From Candidatus Babeliales bacterium (GTDB lineage Bacteria; Patescibacteriota; Saccharimonadia; Saccharimonadales; UBA10212), in the NCBI GenBank assembly GCA_035479215.1, contig DATIIZ010000012.1, forward strand, positions 1-63,411: DNA of 63,411 nucleotides, given 5' to 3'. The notes beneath the pieces were generated by a model. The model saw nothing but the letters and a program-made list of their open reading frames with translations. It was not told the origin of the DNA and searched no databases. This document shows, in pieces, positions 46,356 through 56,421 of the stretch (within the stretch, counting starts at the first letter, position 1; every line of letters begins with the position of its first letter). A program made the position numbers and the translations under genes.

Positions 46356-49300
46356 ATGAAAAAATCTCCGCGTTCCTCTAAGCACGCACCGATTACGACG
46401 AGGAGCGGCAAGGTGTTAAAAGTCAACCGCTCATTGGGGGAACGCTATGTTGCTATGAAACAAGCCAAGTCCCTTCGTAAGGTGACTCGTCTTCGTGGCC
46501 TACCTAAATCGAGGCTTAAGCGGTGGGCTTGGCGCCTGCATCCTAAACGCCTGGCCGAGTTCTGGTTCAGTCGCGATGGCGGGATTATGGCACTCAAAAT
46601 TGTTGGTATAGCCATTCTAACCCTATTCATTATTATTCTTGGGGTGTTCGCTTTTTTTAGGAAAGATCTAAAAAGCATCACTGATGTATCGGGCAGCAAC
46701 CTCGGAGGTAGCATCAGTTATTTCGACCGCAGCGGTCAAACACTGTTATGGCAGGATTATAATGCCGTAAAACGAGTGCCCGTTGAGAGCAACAATATTT
46801 CACCATACCTTAAACAGGCTACAGTCGCAGTCGAGGATAAGGATTTTTATAACCACCGTGGTTTTGATATGAAAGGAATAGTAAGGGCGGTATACGTCGA
46901 TGCTCTGCACCGGGGAGGCAAACAGGGCGGTTCGACTATTACCCAGCAATTAGTAAAGCTGACCCGGGATTTCAACCAAGACCGTAATATTGTCTTGAAG
47001 ATGAAGGAACTAATTTTAGCTGTTGAACTAGAACGTAACTATACTAAGGATAAAATTCTGACTAGTTACTTGAATGTTGCCCCTTACGGCAGCGTAGATT
47101 ACGGCGCTGAATCTGCGTCCCAGGATTACTTCCACAAAAGCGCCAAAGACCTGACTCTGGCCCAAGCTGCATTCTTGGCGGCTATACCCAAAGCCCCAGC
47201 TTATTATTCTAAGTACAGCCCCTATTTCGATCAGAAGTTATTCACCAACCGCTATGAATACGTTCTTAACCAAATGCAAAACCAAGGTAAAATCACTAAG
47301 GCGCAAGCTGAGGAAGCCAAAAAGACTGACGTGTTAGCGCAAGTACAACCGCAACAAAACCGTTATGCCGGAATCAGAGCCCCTTACTTTGTACTGGCGG
47401 CTCGAGATGAACTGAATAAGACTTTCGCCAGCCAGTCTGCTAAGGTCGGCGGCTGGAAAGTCACAACGACCGTAAACATGGATCTTCAGACTAAAGCTGA
47501 GCAAACCGTTCAGAATAACCTGCGCAATGTAACATCTCACGCAGGAGACGAAGAAGCGTTAGTCGTCGAAGATGTGAAAACCGGCCAAATGTTGGCTTTA
47601 GTTGGTGGTACTGATTTTCTTAACGCCGACCATGGTCAGCTTAACTATGCCCATAGTGTGAATATTTCTCCGGGCTCAAGCTTCAAGCCTTACGACTATG
47701 CCACGCTTATCGATAACAACACTAATGTAGGAGCTGGTTCTGTTCTTTATGACAGCCAGGGGGCTATACCGGCAGGTTATAGCTGTACAAACAAGGCGAA
47801 TCCAAGAGGTAATAATAACGCTAACTGTTTATGGGATTATGACTTCATCTATCCTGGCCCAGAGACACTACGTTATGCATTGGGCGGCTCTCGGAACGTA
47901 CCGGCTGTTAAAGCCATGATCCAGTCGGTTCCCAACGACACCAGCACCAACCGGACTAAATCTATTAACAAAACAATCGGCACAGCCAATGCCTTGATGT
48001 CATCCCCCGGGGCATATCGTTGCTTTAAACCAGGTATTGATGTCAGCCAGGCAAAAGCTTCGGACGAAAGTCAGTGTTACGGCGCCTCGGCCATCGGCGA
48101 CGGTGCTTATCTGCATCTTGATCAGCATGTTAATGGTGTGGCCAGTTTAGCCAGGCTGGGTAATGCCATCCCTGAAACTTATATATTAAATATTCAAAAT
48201 GCTTCTGGAAAAACCTTCTATAAGTATAAGCAGCCAAAAGGCACCCAAGTCATACGGCCCGAAGCCGCTTATATCGTAAATAATATGACTTCTGACCCCA
48301 ATGCCAGTTACTTAACCGGTTCTTTCAAATGGCATAGATATAACGGCTGGACCAATTCCATTAAGACCGGGACGACGAATGACAGTTATGATGGATTGAT
48401 GATGAGCTGGAATACCCAGTTCGCCGTCGGCAGCTGGGTGGGTTATCACACGCGCAACCGCGCTTTGTCCACCTTCATGGAGAACCTGACTATCCCGCTC
48501 ACCAGAACCATGATGGAGTACGCACTGGACAGCCAGCACACCACGCCTGTCAATTGGACGGAACCAGCCGGGATCCAGCACTTACCGGCCTATGTGGTCA
48601 GCCATAAACTAAGTAAAAACGGCGAAGTAGTGCCGAGTCCAAGTACTGATATTTATCCATCTTGGTACAAACAAAGAGCCGTTAGCAGCCAGAGCGTGAC
48701 ACTTGATAAAGTCTCGGGTAAAGTTGCCACGAATTGTACGCCTGATTCGGCCAAGCAACAGCTTGGTGGCAACGCCGCACCTAACGCGTTTTCAATCGAC
48801 CAGTTTTATCCGCCCGGCAATAACGCCTCCAATGTTACCAATGCTAATGCCGGAGCCCAGGATGACGTCCATAATTGTAATGACACAAAGCCGAGCGTCG
48901 CATCATTCTTCATCGACGGACAGGATGCCTCGGGTGGTGGCAGCTTTAACTGTACTGGTACCTGTAATATAACTACGACGGTGACCGCCGGCACACATCC
49001 GTTCTCGGATCCCCAGTACCCTCAATTTCCTGGCACAGTCAGCCTGATAGTCAACGGCCAGGCCGTGCAATCCCAGAATGTCTCCGACTCTCCCAGCACC
49101 GCCAGTTTCAGCTACTCAGGATCGGGTAGTGCTACCTTGGCAATTCAAGTCACAGATAGTGTGCTATATAATGATTCATCAGCCAGCGCAACTGTCAGTT
49201 TTCCTTTGGCAAAAACGATAAAACTGGACTCTGCAAAGTTCGCTGCCGGGAGTACAACGATAAAATGGTCAGGCGGTAGTGGAACTATTACTGCAACTGG

Positions 49301-49427
49301 CAGTGGAGGAGGTGTCTGCTCAGCACCAGCAAGCGCAGGTGGTTGTAGCGGTCCAAACGCACCGAAGAACTCTATTGTTACGATATCGGACTCCGCTGGT
49401 GGTTCCGACTCTGGTAAGGTAGATTAA
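46356..49427 (+). CDS. Class A penicillin-binding protein (glycosyltransferase plus transpeptidase) with a long C-terminal extension
   Basis: GT51 motifs EDKDFYNHRGFD and GGSTITQQ. Transpeptidase motifs SPGSSFKP (SxxK) and KTGTT. N-terminal TM anchor. About 300 extra C-terminal residues rich in S/G/T/N with paired Cys. Confidence 0.93.
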   Translation: MKKSPRSSKHAPITTRSGKVLKVNRSLGERYVAMKQAKSLRKVTRLRGLPKSRLKRWAWRLHPKRLAEFWFSRDGGIMALKIVGIAILTLFIIILGVFAFFRKDLKSITDVSGSNLGGSISYFDRSGQTLLWQDYNAVKRVPVESNNISPYLKQATVAVEDKDFYNHRGFDMKGIVRAVYVDALHRGGKQGGSTITQQLVKLTRDFNQDRNIVLKMKELILAVELERNYTKDKILTSYLNVAPYGSVDYGAESASQDYFHKSAKDLTLAQAAFLAAIPKAPAYYSKYSPYFDQKLFTNRYEYVLNQMQNQGKITKAQAEEAKKTDVLAQVQPQQNRYAGIRAPYFVLAARDELNKTFASQSAKVGGWKVTTTVNMDLQTKAEQTVQNNLRNVTSHAGDEEALVVEDVKTGQMLALVGGTDFLNADHGQLNYAHSVNISPGSSFKPYDYATLIDNNTNVGAGSVLYDSQGAIPAGYSCTNKANPRGNNNANCLWDYDFIYPGPETLRYALGGSRNVPAVKAMIQSVPNDTSTNRTKSINKTIGTANALMSSPGAYRCFKPGIDVSQAKASDESQCYGASAIGDGAYLHLDQHVNGVASLARLGNAIPETYILNIQNASGKTFYKYKQPKGTQVIRPEAAYIVNNMTSDPNASYLTGSFKWHRYNGWTNSIKTGTTNDSYDGLMMSWNTQFAVGSWVGYHTRNRALSTFMENLTIPLTRTMMEYALDSQHTTPVNWTEPAGIQHLPAYVVSHKLSKNGEVVPSPSTDIYPSWYKQRAVSSQSVTLDKVSGKVATNCTPDSAKQQLGGNAAPNAFSIDQFYPPGNNASNVTNANAGAQDDVHNCNDTKPSVASFFIDGQDASGGGSFNCTGTCNITTTVTAGTHPFSDPQYPQFPGTVSLIVNGQAVQSQNVSDSPSTASFSYSGSGSATLAIQVTDSVLYNDSSASATVSFPLAKTIKLDSAKFAAGSTTIKWSGGSGTITATGSGGGVCSAPASAGGCSGPNAPKNSIVTISDSAGGSDSGKVD

Positions 49428-50770
49428 TCTTGTTCTAGAAACGAATTTAACGCACTTCTGACATCCGACACTGATGTTAAGTGGGCCGATTTCTTTCCCG
49501 AACGGACAACAGGGCCGATAACGGCATCGAAACCCATTTTTTTAGCCTCGGCTATTCTCTTATCCAGAAATGGTACATGGCGGACTTCGCCCGACAAGCC
49601 GACTTCGCCAAAAACGACCGCATTTTTCTTTAGCTGCATCCCTTTTGCCGCCGATGCGATCGCCATACAGATAGCTAAATCAGCCGCCGGCTCCGTTAGC
49701 CTTATTCCACCCACGATGTTGATATATATATCCTTGTCCGCTAGCTTTAATTTTGTCCGCCGCTCCAGCATTGCGATTAAGAGATTCACCCTGTTAAGAT
49801 CAACCCCACTGGCGGTCCGTTTTGGATAACCATAGCTGGTAGGGTTCACTAATGCCTGGATCTCGACTAATAGCGGGCGACTACCTTCTATCGTGGCGTG
49901 GACTATGGAACCGTCGCTGGCTCGACGTTCAGCTAGTAAAGCGGCCGAGGGATTACCGACTGGCTTCAATCCTAAATCAGTCATCTCGAAGATTCCGGCC
50001 TCATTGGTCGAGCCAAAGCGGTTCTTGATGCTGCGAAGTATCTTAAAGCCACCATACCTATCGCCCTCAAGCTGCAGGACAACATCAACCATATGCTCGA
50101 GGATTTTCGGCCCGGCTATCGACCCTTCCTTAGTGACATGCCCGACTAATACCAAAACCGTATCTGAAGATTTAGCGGCTGCTGTCAAAAGCTGGGTGCT
50201 ATTTGTAATCTGGCTGACATTTCCGGCGGCTGAAGAGATTTCACTGACAGCCATGGTCTGGATGGAGTCAATTATAACGAGGTCATATCCCCCGGTAGAA
50301 ATCGTCGCGGCTACATCATTAGCGACTGTTGACGCTGCAAGCTGCAGCTGTTTATCGGCAATCTTCAGCCTGTCGGCGCGGAGTGCGATCTGCTGAGGCG
50401 ATTCCTCGCCGCTTACATAAAGCACCTTTTTTGTTTTGGAAGTATTATGACCCAGCTGTAGTAATAAAGTGCTTTTTCCTATGCCGGGCTGACCAGCCAC
50501 CAAAACGACACTACCGGCCACCAACCCACCACCCAATACTTCATCCAGTTCGGCAATGCCGGTCTTTAACCTTTTAGCCTTGCTATTAAGAGCTTCTTGG
50601 GGGTTGCTTGTTGGTAGTTTCTTGCCGCTGGCACCAGCCGTGGCCGTGCTAACCTCCAGCTGCTCGGCCAAGGTGTTCCATTCACCACAAGTGCTACATC
50701 GGCCCTGCCACTTTGAATAAGAAGCACCACAACTACTACAAACATATTTGACTCCCAGTGATTTGGCCAT
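49424..50770 (-). CDS. radA: DNA repair protein RadA
   Basis: N-terminal zinc ribbon CSSCG...C..CG.WN, Walker A GQPGIGKSTL, the KNRFG motif, and a Lon-like C-terminal domain. Confidence 0.95.
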   Translation of the reverse strand: MAKSLGVKYVCSSCGASYSKWQGRCSTCGEWNTLAEQLEVSTATAGASGKKLPTSNPQEALNSKAKRLKTGIAELDEVLGGGLVAGSVVLVAGQPGIGKSTLLLQLGHNTSKTKKVLYVSGEESPQQIALRADRLKIADKQLQLAASTVANDVAATISTGGYDLVIIDSIQTMAVSEISSAAGNVSQITNSTQLLTAAAKSSDTVLVLVGHVTKEGSIAGPKILEHMVDVVLQLEGDRYGGFKILRSIKNRFGSTNEAGIFEMTDLGLKPVGNPSAALLAERRASDGSIVHATIEGSRPLLVEIQALVNPTSYGYPKRTASGVDLNRVNLLIAMLERRTKLKLADKDIYINIVGGIRLTEPAADLAICMAIASAAKGMQLKKNAVVFGEVGLSGEVRHVPFLDKRIAEAKKMGFDAVIGPVVRSGKKSAHLTSVSDVRSALNSFLEQD

Positions 50771-50791
50771 AGTATCCCTAGTTTAACAAAT

Positions 50792-51766
50792 TCACTGCGT
50801 AGCTGGTGTTCTGGTATCAATAGCCTTTTCCAGGCTAGCCAGTTCATGGGCCAAGGAATTATACTGATCTACCAGCTCGTTGTAGGTTCTTATATTAGTC
50901 CTAGTGCCCTGAACCTCTACGTTGTAATCGTCGACTTCGTTGTTAAAAGATGCCACTTTGGAGTTATACTCGCCAATTCGCCCATCGGCCTTTAAGCTAT
51001 CCAGTTCCGCTCGGTCGGTTTCTATTTTTGTCTGCTGTGAATTCAAAGATTGCTCGGTATTATCAATCTGAGTCTTCAATGTTTTAAGCTGATTTTCGTA
51101 TGATTTGAGTTGATCTTCTCGCCCAGAAAATTCCCCCTGGTAGGCTGCTGCATATGATGTTACCACGCTGCGATTTATAAAATAGCGTGAGTAGTATTTT
51201 TCTAATGGCGGCGGTAGGTTAGCTATTTCGGTCCCAAAGATCGAATGCATCTCATTGACTAAATCTTTCGGTTCGCTTTGTTTGTAGGAATTAATCGTAT
51301 CGATAATTCTTTGGTCTTGAAGTCCATTGTTGTAATAGCTCTGTAACATCGAACTGACATTATCTTTCTCGCTTCTGCTAAGGCGGTCGTACATGGCGTG
51401 CAGCATTTCATGGGCTGAGGTTACTTCTTGGACACCGGCAAGTCTGGGATCGGTGACATTATATACGAATATTCCGGCTTGGTTAGAATGATAACAGCCT
51501 AGAATAATTGTTTTTTCATTCTCGTGGCAATCACTTCGGAATTGGCCAACATCTGATTCAATATCGGGGTGGTTTATATAAAAAACTCTTTGGGCACTGG
51601 CGGTCATAGTGTCGCGTTTGGCCAGTTCTTGTACATTGGCTGGAGGATTATAGCCATGCAGCTGCCACCAATCTGTCAATGCCTGGGCGTTGAAATAGAT
51701 AACAAATGGAAATGCCAGCAAAGCTAACATTAAAACACCGCTCAGCACTTTCTTTGTGGCTCTCAT
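50792..51766 (-). CDS. Membrane-anchored protein with an HExxH motif and a coiled-coil C-terminus (putative zinc metallopeptidase-like)
   Basis: N-terminal TM helix, SAHEMLHAMYD, and a heptad-like Q/E/L-rich C-terminal 120 aa. Confidence 0.6.
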   Translation of the reverse strand: MRATKKVLSGVLMLALLAFPFVIYFNAQALTDWWQLHGYNPPANVQELAKRDTMTASAQRVFYINHPDIESDVGQFRSDCHENEKTIILGCYHSNQAGIFVYNVTDPRLAGVQEVTSAHEMLHAMYDRLSRSEKDNVSSMLQSYYNNGLQDQRIIDTINSYKQSEPKDLVNEMHSIFGTEIANLPPPLEKYYSRYFINRSVVTSYAAAYQGEFSGREDQLKSYENQLKTLKTQIDNTEQSLNSQQTKIETDRAELDSLKADGRIGEYNSKVASFNNEVDDYNVEVQGTRTNIRTYNELVDQYNSLAHELASLEKAIDTRTPATQ

Positions 51767-51793
51767 TATCTAACTATGAGTATACCAAGCGAT

Positions 51794-54286
51794 TTATTCT
51801 AAAGCTGCAGCGTACGTCAATTCAGTGGAATGGTCTTTAGTTTTTTTGGCATTAACTGTCACCACATCACCAGTGTGATAATTATCCTCCAGCAGCCCGG
51901 CGGCGATAGCATCCTCCAGTGTCTCTTGGAGTAATCGCCTCATTGGCCGAGCTCCGTTGTGGGCATCATAACCGCTCTCCATCAGGAATTCCTTGGCCTT
52001 GGGACTGACTTGCAGCCCGATACCCTTCTTGAGCAGTCTGGTGCGTAAATCATCCAGCTGGATATCTAGTATCTTAAGGGCGTCTTTCTTTGTCAAAGCC
52101 CTAAAGACAATTACTTTATCGATCCTGTTAAGCAGTTCAGGACGGATCATCCGTTTAAGATCATCTAGGACCTTGTCTTTATTAGACTGATGTAGGTCGT
52201 CAAGATTATTGTAGTCTGACGATTTGACGGCACCGAATCCAAACGAGGCCTCTTTTTGCAGTTTCTCAGCACCTATATTACTGGTCATGATGATTATCGT
52301 ATTGGTGAAGTCTATTTTTCGGCCCTTGGAGTCGCTGAGTACACCATCTTCTAAGATCTGTAGTAGCATATTGAATACATCTGGATGGGCTTTTTCTATC
52401 TCATCGAACAGCACTACACTATAGGGCTGTCGGCGAATCCGATCTGTCAGCTGGCCGGGGTCATCGTAACCGACATAACCGGCTGGTGCTCCGACTAAAC
52501 GAGCCACGGTATGCCGTTCGCTGAACTCACTCATGTCAATTTTAACCAGTGCATCTTCTGAGCCGAAGAATTCGCGTGACAGTACTCGTGCTAGTTCGGT
52601 TTTACCAACGCCGGTAGGCCCCAAGAAAATAAAGGAACCAATCGGGCGCTTTTCACTAGATATTCCAGAGCGCGAGCGTCGGACTGCCTTAGCAACGGTC
52701 TCTACAGCTTCGTTCTGTCCGATGATGTGTTTACCTAAGTTCTTTTCTAGATTAACTAAATATTTGGCCTCCGAACGTATGACTTTAGTCACCGGCACCC
52801 CAGTTATCCGGGCGACTGTTTCAGCAACATCATCCGATGTCAGGGCAATCGGCTTGCCGGCCCTGGTCGTGGATTCTATCTTTTTGATATCTTCGGAAAT
52901 CTGGCTGGCTTTTTGCTTTTCACGGGCGGCTTTTTCATAATCTTCAGCATCGACAGCGTCATCAATCCTAGTGTTTACCAGTTTAAGTTCTTTCTGCAGC
53001 TGCCGGAGTTCTGGAGGGGTTTTGCCCTTATTCACCCTGAGGTATGCCGAAGTTTCGTCCAGCAAATCTATTGCTTTATCAGGCATATAGCGGTCATTTA
53101 TATAGCGCCGGGCGAACTGGACAGTATCACCCAGAACGTCATCGCTGGCTTTTACACCATGGAATTCTTCGTAGTGCTTCCTTAAGCCCTTCAAGATCGC
53201 AAGTGTCTCATTAGGGGTTGCTTCCGGCACCTGGACAGGCTGGAAACGTCGCTCCAGGGCCGCATCTTTTTCAATGTAACGAGTGTACTCATCAGTAGTC
53301 GTAGCACCGACCATCTGGATCTTACCTCTTGCCAGTGATGGTTTAAGTATGTTGCCAGCATCCATCGAGCCCTCGGCAGCACCCGCGCCGACTATAAGAT
53401 GAAGCTCATCTATAAACACGATTACGTTCTTATCTTGTTCGAGCTCAGCAATGACTTTCTTTAAGCGCTCCTCGAATTCACCGCGGTACTTAGTACCGGC
53501 GATCATGCCAGCGAGGTCTAAGGTTATGATTCTCTTTTCCACCAGACTATCGGGAACTTCTTCATTAATGATCCTCTGGGCCAGCCCCTCAACGATGGCG
53601 GTCTTACCGACACCTGGTTCGCCTATCAGAACCGGGTTGTTCTTTGTCCGGCGGTTAAGAATAGTTATGACTCGTTTGATCTGTGGCTCTCTGCCCACGA
53701 CCGGATCGAGTTTTTTCTCACGGGCCAGCTTCGTTAGGTCTGTACCGAAACTTTCCAAGGTTGTTTTTTTGCCGCCCTTACCCCGCCGCTTACCGTCAGG
53801 TGATTGGCTGTCACCTTGATACTGCTGTCTTTGCAGGAATTGCTCCACCTCGGTATTGAGCCGGTCGACATCGACACTCATGTCCCGCAGAAGTGTCGTA
53901 GCCCGAGCGTTTTTCTGGCTCAGGATACTATAAAGAATATGTTCTGTGCCGCAGTAGTCTTGGTTGAATTCCTGGGCAATTTCCCAAGCCATCTTAAGGG
54001 TCAGTTTAGCGGTTTCTGACAGTCCTTTACCGCCCATGTTAATAACTAGAGTCTTAGGAGTCAGATTAAGGGCTAGGCGGGCGCGGTCAAGCGTAATACC
54101 AGCGCCTTCTAATATTTTGGAGCCCATGGAGCCTTCCTGGGCCAACAATCCGAGCAAAAGGTGTTCTGTACCAATATATGCACTGCCGCTAGCTCTAGCT
54201 ATCGCATCAGCGTGCCGCAGACTATGCAGAGCATTATTAGTTAGGTGCGATAAGAATTCTTGGAAATCTGGTGAATTTGGAATCAT
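51794..54286 (-). CDS. clpC: AAA+ chaperone ATPase ClpC-type (Clp/Hsp100)
   Basis: Two Clp_N repeats, Walker A GEPGVGKT and GPTGVGKT, a UVR-like linker ([14 protein letters not shown]), and a ClpP-docking-like FGF loop. Confidence 0.9.
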   Translation of the reverse strand: MIPNSPDFQEFLSHLTNNALHSLRHADAIARASGSAYIGTEHLLLGLLAQEGSMGSKILEGAGITLDRARLALNLTPKTLVINMGGKGLSETAKLTLKMAWEIAQEFNQDYCGTEHILYSILSQKNARATTLLRDMSVDVDRLNTEVEQFLQRQQYQGDSQSPDGKRRGKGGKKTTLESFGTDLTKLAREKKLDPVVGREPQIKRVITILNRRTKNNPVLIGEPGVGKTAIVEGLAQRIINEEVPDSLVEKRIITLDLAGMIAGTKYRGEFEERLKKVIAELEQDKNVIVFIDELHLIVGAGAAEGSMDAGNILKPSLARGKIQMVGATTTDEYTRYIEKDAALERRFQPVQVPEATPNETLAILKGLRKHYEEFHGVKASDDVLGDTVQFARRYINDRYMPDKAIDLLDETSAYLRVNKGKTPPELRQLQKELKLVNTRIDDAVDAEDYEKAAREKQKASQISEDIKKIESTTRAGKPIALTSDDVAETVARITGVPVTKVIRSEAKYLVNLEKNLGKHIIGQNEAVETVAKAVRRSRSGISSEKRPIGSFIFLGPTGVGKTELARVLSREFFGSEDALVKIDMSEFSERHTVARLVGAPAGYVGYDDPGQLTDRIRRQPYSVVLFDEIEKAHPDVFNMLLQILEDGVLSDSKGRKIDFTNTIIIMTSNIGAEKLQKEASFGFGAVKSSDYNNLDDLHQSNKDKVLDDLKRMIRPELLNRIDKVIVFRALTKKDALKILDIQLDDLRTRLLKKGIGLQVSPKAKEFLMESGYDAHNGARPMRRLLQETLEDAIAAGLLEDNYHTGDVVTVNAKKTKDHSTELTYAAALE

Positions 54287-54365
54287 ATACTTATTTTATA
54301 CCCTCACATTCTTACTTTTGGCTGTAACCTCTTTTACAGATATAAAAACGGTTAAGCGTAATTCA

Positions 54366-54394
54366 ATTGTAGATAATTAGCACTCTCATGTCAA
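54366..54394 (-). promoter_or_regulatory. clpC promoter with the -35 box inside the CIRCE spacer
   Basis: Minus strand: TTGACA (54389..54394), 17 nt, TACAAT (54366..54371). It lies about 80 nt upstream of the clpC ATG, which has a GAGGG SD. Confidence 0.55.
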
Positions 54395-54403
54395 GAGTGC
54401 TAA
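54377..54403. promoter_or_regulatory. Perfect CIRCE inverted repeat (HrcA operator) upstream of clpC
   Basis: TTAGCACTC-N9-GAGTGCTAA is an exact match to the CIRCE consensus. Confidence 0.85.
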
Positions 54404-54418
54404 TTATCCTGGTGATTC

Positions 54419-55597
54419 CTATTTGCTGTCGGTGCCGTGTTCTTCGATTGCCTCCAGAAGTGAACTCTCCAAGTCAGACTTCTTTTTGAGTTTTTGGACG
54501 ACAGGTTTAGATTCTACACCCTTCTCCTCAGGTGTTTCTTCTGTCTCTTTCACTTCTCCGGCCAACTTATCGGCTTCGACGTCCAGTTCATTACCAGTTA
54601 ATTTACCGGCCAGTCGAACGTTTTGTCCAGCTTTGCCAATCGCGATACTTAACTGGTCCTCCGGAACGATAACAGTCGCCTTGCCATCCTTGAGGTTAAC
54701 TTTGGTCACATTAGCCGGTTTCATGGCGTTGGCCACAAATTTAACAGGGTCTTCGTCCCAGACGACAATGTCTATCATCTCCTGGTTACCTATTTCGTCG
54801 CGGACTGCATTTATGCGTGTACCGTGGCCGCCGACGAAAGTACCGACCGGGTCAACGCCTTGGACGTTGGAGGCAACCGCGATTTTAGAGCGGACTCCGG
54901 CTTCGCGGGCCACTTCCTTTATCTCCACGGCGTTATTTTCCATCTCCGGCACTTCTGCCTTAAACAAAAGTTCGATGAATTCTTTGGAGCCCCGGCTAAC
55001 AATGAGTTGGGGTCCACGGAAACCTTTCTCTACATCTTTAAGAAAAAATTTGAGTCTTTGGCCTGGGTAATAACGTTCATTTTGAATCTGTTCGCCCACA
55101 GGTAGTATCCCCTGTGCGCGTCCGAGTTCGACCCGGACCATCCGGCCTTCGACACGCGAAACAGTCCCGTTCACTATCGTGCCGATCTTATCTTCATATT
55201 CAGCCAGCACAATCTCTCGTTCTGCTTCACGCAACCGCTGTAAAATAACTTGTTTGGCGGTCTGGGCGGCCACCCGTCCGAAGTCTTCGACTTTTTGGAC
55301 TATCTCAACAGTCTCCCCCACTTTGGCATTCTTTCGGATAACTTGTGCGTCGGAAAGACTGATTTGCGAATGAGGGTTTTCTACCTCATCTACGACATCC
55401 TTTGTCACAAAGGCGGTAACTTCACCAGTGTTAAGGTTCATGGTTACCCGGACTTCTTGCTCGCGGTCACCATAGTCGCGCCGCCAAGCGGCCGCCAAGG
55501 CCTGTTGGACAACGTCCTGGACCTGCTCTTCTGAAAGGTTTTTCTCCTCTGCGATTAGTTTTATCGCCTGGGCTAATTGTTTAAAATCCATTTCCAT
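54419..55597 (-). CDS. nusA: Transcription termination/antitermination factor NusA
   Basis: N-terminal domain, S1 region (GTIVNGTVSRVEGRMVRVELG) and KH regions (IGKAGQNVRLA). Start at ATG 55597, with AAGGAG 6 nt upstream. The ORF-track extension to 55681 is unlikely. Confidence 0.93.
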   Translation of the reverse strand: MEMDFKQLAQAIKLIAEEKNLSEEQVQDVVQQALAAAWRRDYGDREQEVRVTMNLNTGEVTAFVTKDVVDEVENPHSQISLSDAQVIRKNAKVGETVEIVQKVEDFGRVAAQTAKQVILQRLREAEREIVLAEYEDKIGTIVNGTVSRVEGRMVRVELGRAQGILPVGEQIQNERYYPGQRLKFFLKDVEKGFRGPQLIVSRGSKEFIELLFKAEVPEMENNAVEIKEVAREAGVRSKIAVASNVQGVDPVGTFVGGHGTRINAVRDEIGNQEMIDIVVWDEDPVKFVANAMKPANVTKVNLKDGKATVIVPEDQLSIAIGKAGQNVRLAGKLTGNELDVEADKLAGEVKETEETPEEKGVESKPVVQKLKKKSDLESSLLEAIEEHGTDSK

Positions 55598-55723
55598 TTG
55601 TATCTCCTTCTCATGAAAAAATCCGACCTTATTGGCCGGACATCTACGCACAATTATACTTAACGTGAAGAATATAATCAACAGTAAATTGACGGTTAAT
55701 TATTATTATGTTCAACTTTAGGT

Positions 55724-56398
55724 ATGAATTTCCCGATAGAGCGCTACCAAGAAGCAGATTACCCTGAGAAATACGCCAAAAGTGTCTATAGAGCTGATCG
55801 CGCTCTAAATTTTTTGTATGGCATCGAACCCCATGGTATAGATAAGATTCCGCGCAGCGGTGCTGCAATTCTTGCTTTTGTTCATAGATCCTACAAAGAT
55901 CCATGGATCTTAGGATCGCAAGTACCCAGAGCAGTCTTCGGGATGGGCAAAACCCAGCTTCGTAGATGGTATTATTTTGGATTAGGAAGGGTATATCTTG
56001 CAAACCGCGGCATAAAATATATAACCCGCGAAGATCCAACCCCAGATGAACTTAAGCCTTTTTATGGTTTGCTTCGAGAAGGAAAGGCTTTTGCTTCAGC
56101 TCCCGAAGGAACTTCTAAGAACAGAGGTGTAGAAGTAGGAGAAATGAGGTTCGGAGTTGGTAGGATTGCAGCCAAGATTGTTTCGGAAGGCGTTGAATGC
56201 AAAATTGTCCCGATTGCTATTGGCAGCGAAAAGACCGAATTAGGTAAACCAATTCCAGTTATTATCGGAGAACCTTTTACTCCAGATATAGCTGGTACCA
56301 CATTAAGGCAAGCTGGCGAAGAGGCTAATGAAAAACTAATGCATAGCTTACAGGGACTTAATAATATAGCGTATGGTATTCGAGCTAGAGATGTATAG
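55724..56398 (+). CDS. plsC: Lysophospholipid acyltransferase (PlsC/LPLAT family)
   Basis: HxxxxD motif (VHRSYKDPW) and the APEGT motif. Confidence 0.8.
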   Translation: MNFPIERYQEADYPEKYAKSVYRADRALNFLYGIEPHGIDKIPRSGAAILAFVHRSYKDPWILGSQVPRAVFGMGKTQLRRWYYFGLGRVYLANRGIKYITREDPTPDELKPFYGLLREGKAFASAPEGTSKNRGVEVGEMRFGVGRIAAKIVSEGVECKIVPIAIGSEKTELGKPIPVIIGEPFTPDIAGTTLRQAGEEANEKLMHSLQGLNNIAYGIRARDV

Positions 56399-56421
56399 CC
56401 GGGCACTGCTAGAATTAATAC

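Noticed and set aside
50566-50847. 93-aa minus-strand ORF spanning the radA start and the end of the HExxH protein gene
   Set aside because: It overlaps two well-supported genes in alternative frames. It is a shadow ORF.
55598-55681. Upstream extensions of nusA (to 55681), rpsQ (to 12462), rplP (to 13020) and clpP (to 35017) in the ORF track
   Set aside because: The extensions overlap the preceding gene or a promoter or operator. The internal ATGs give canonical N-termini and have an SD or tight coupling to the upstream stop.
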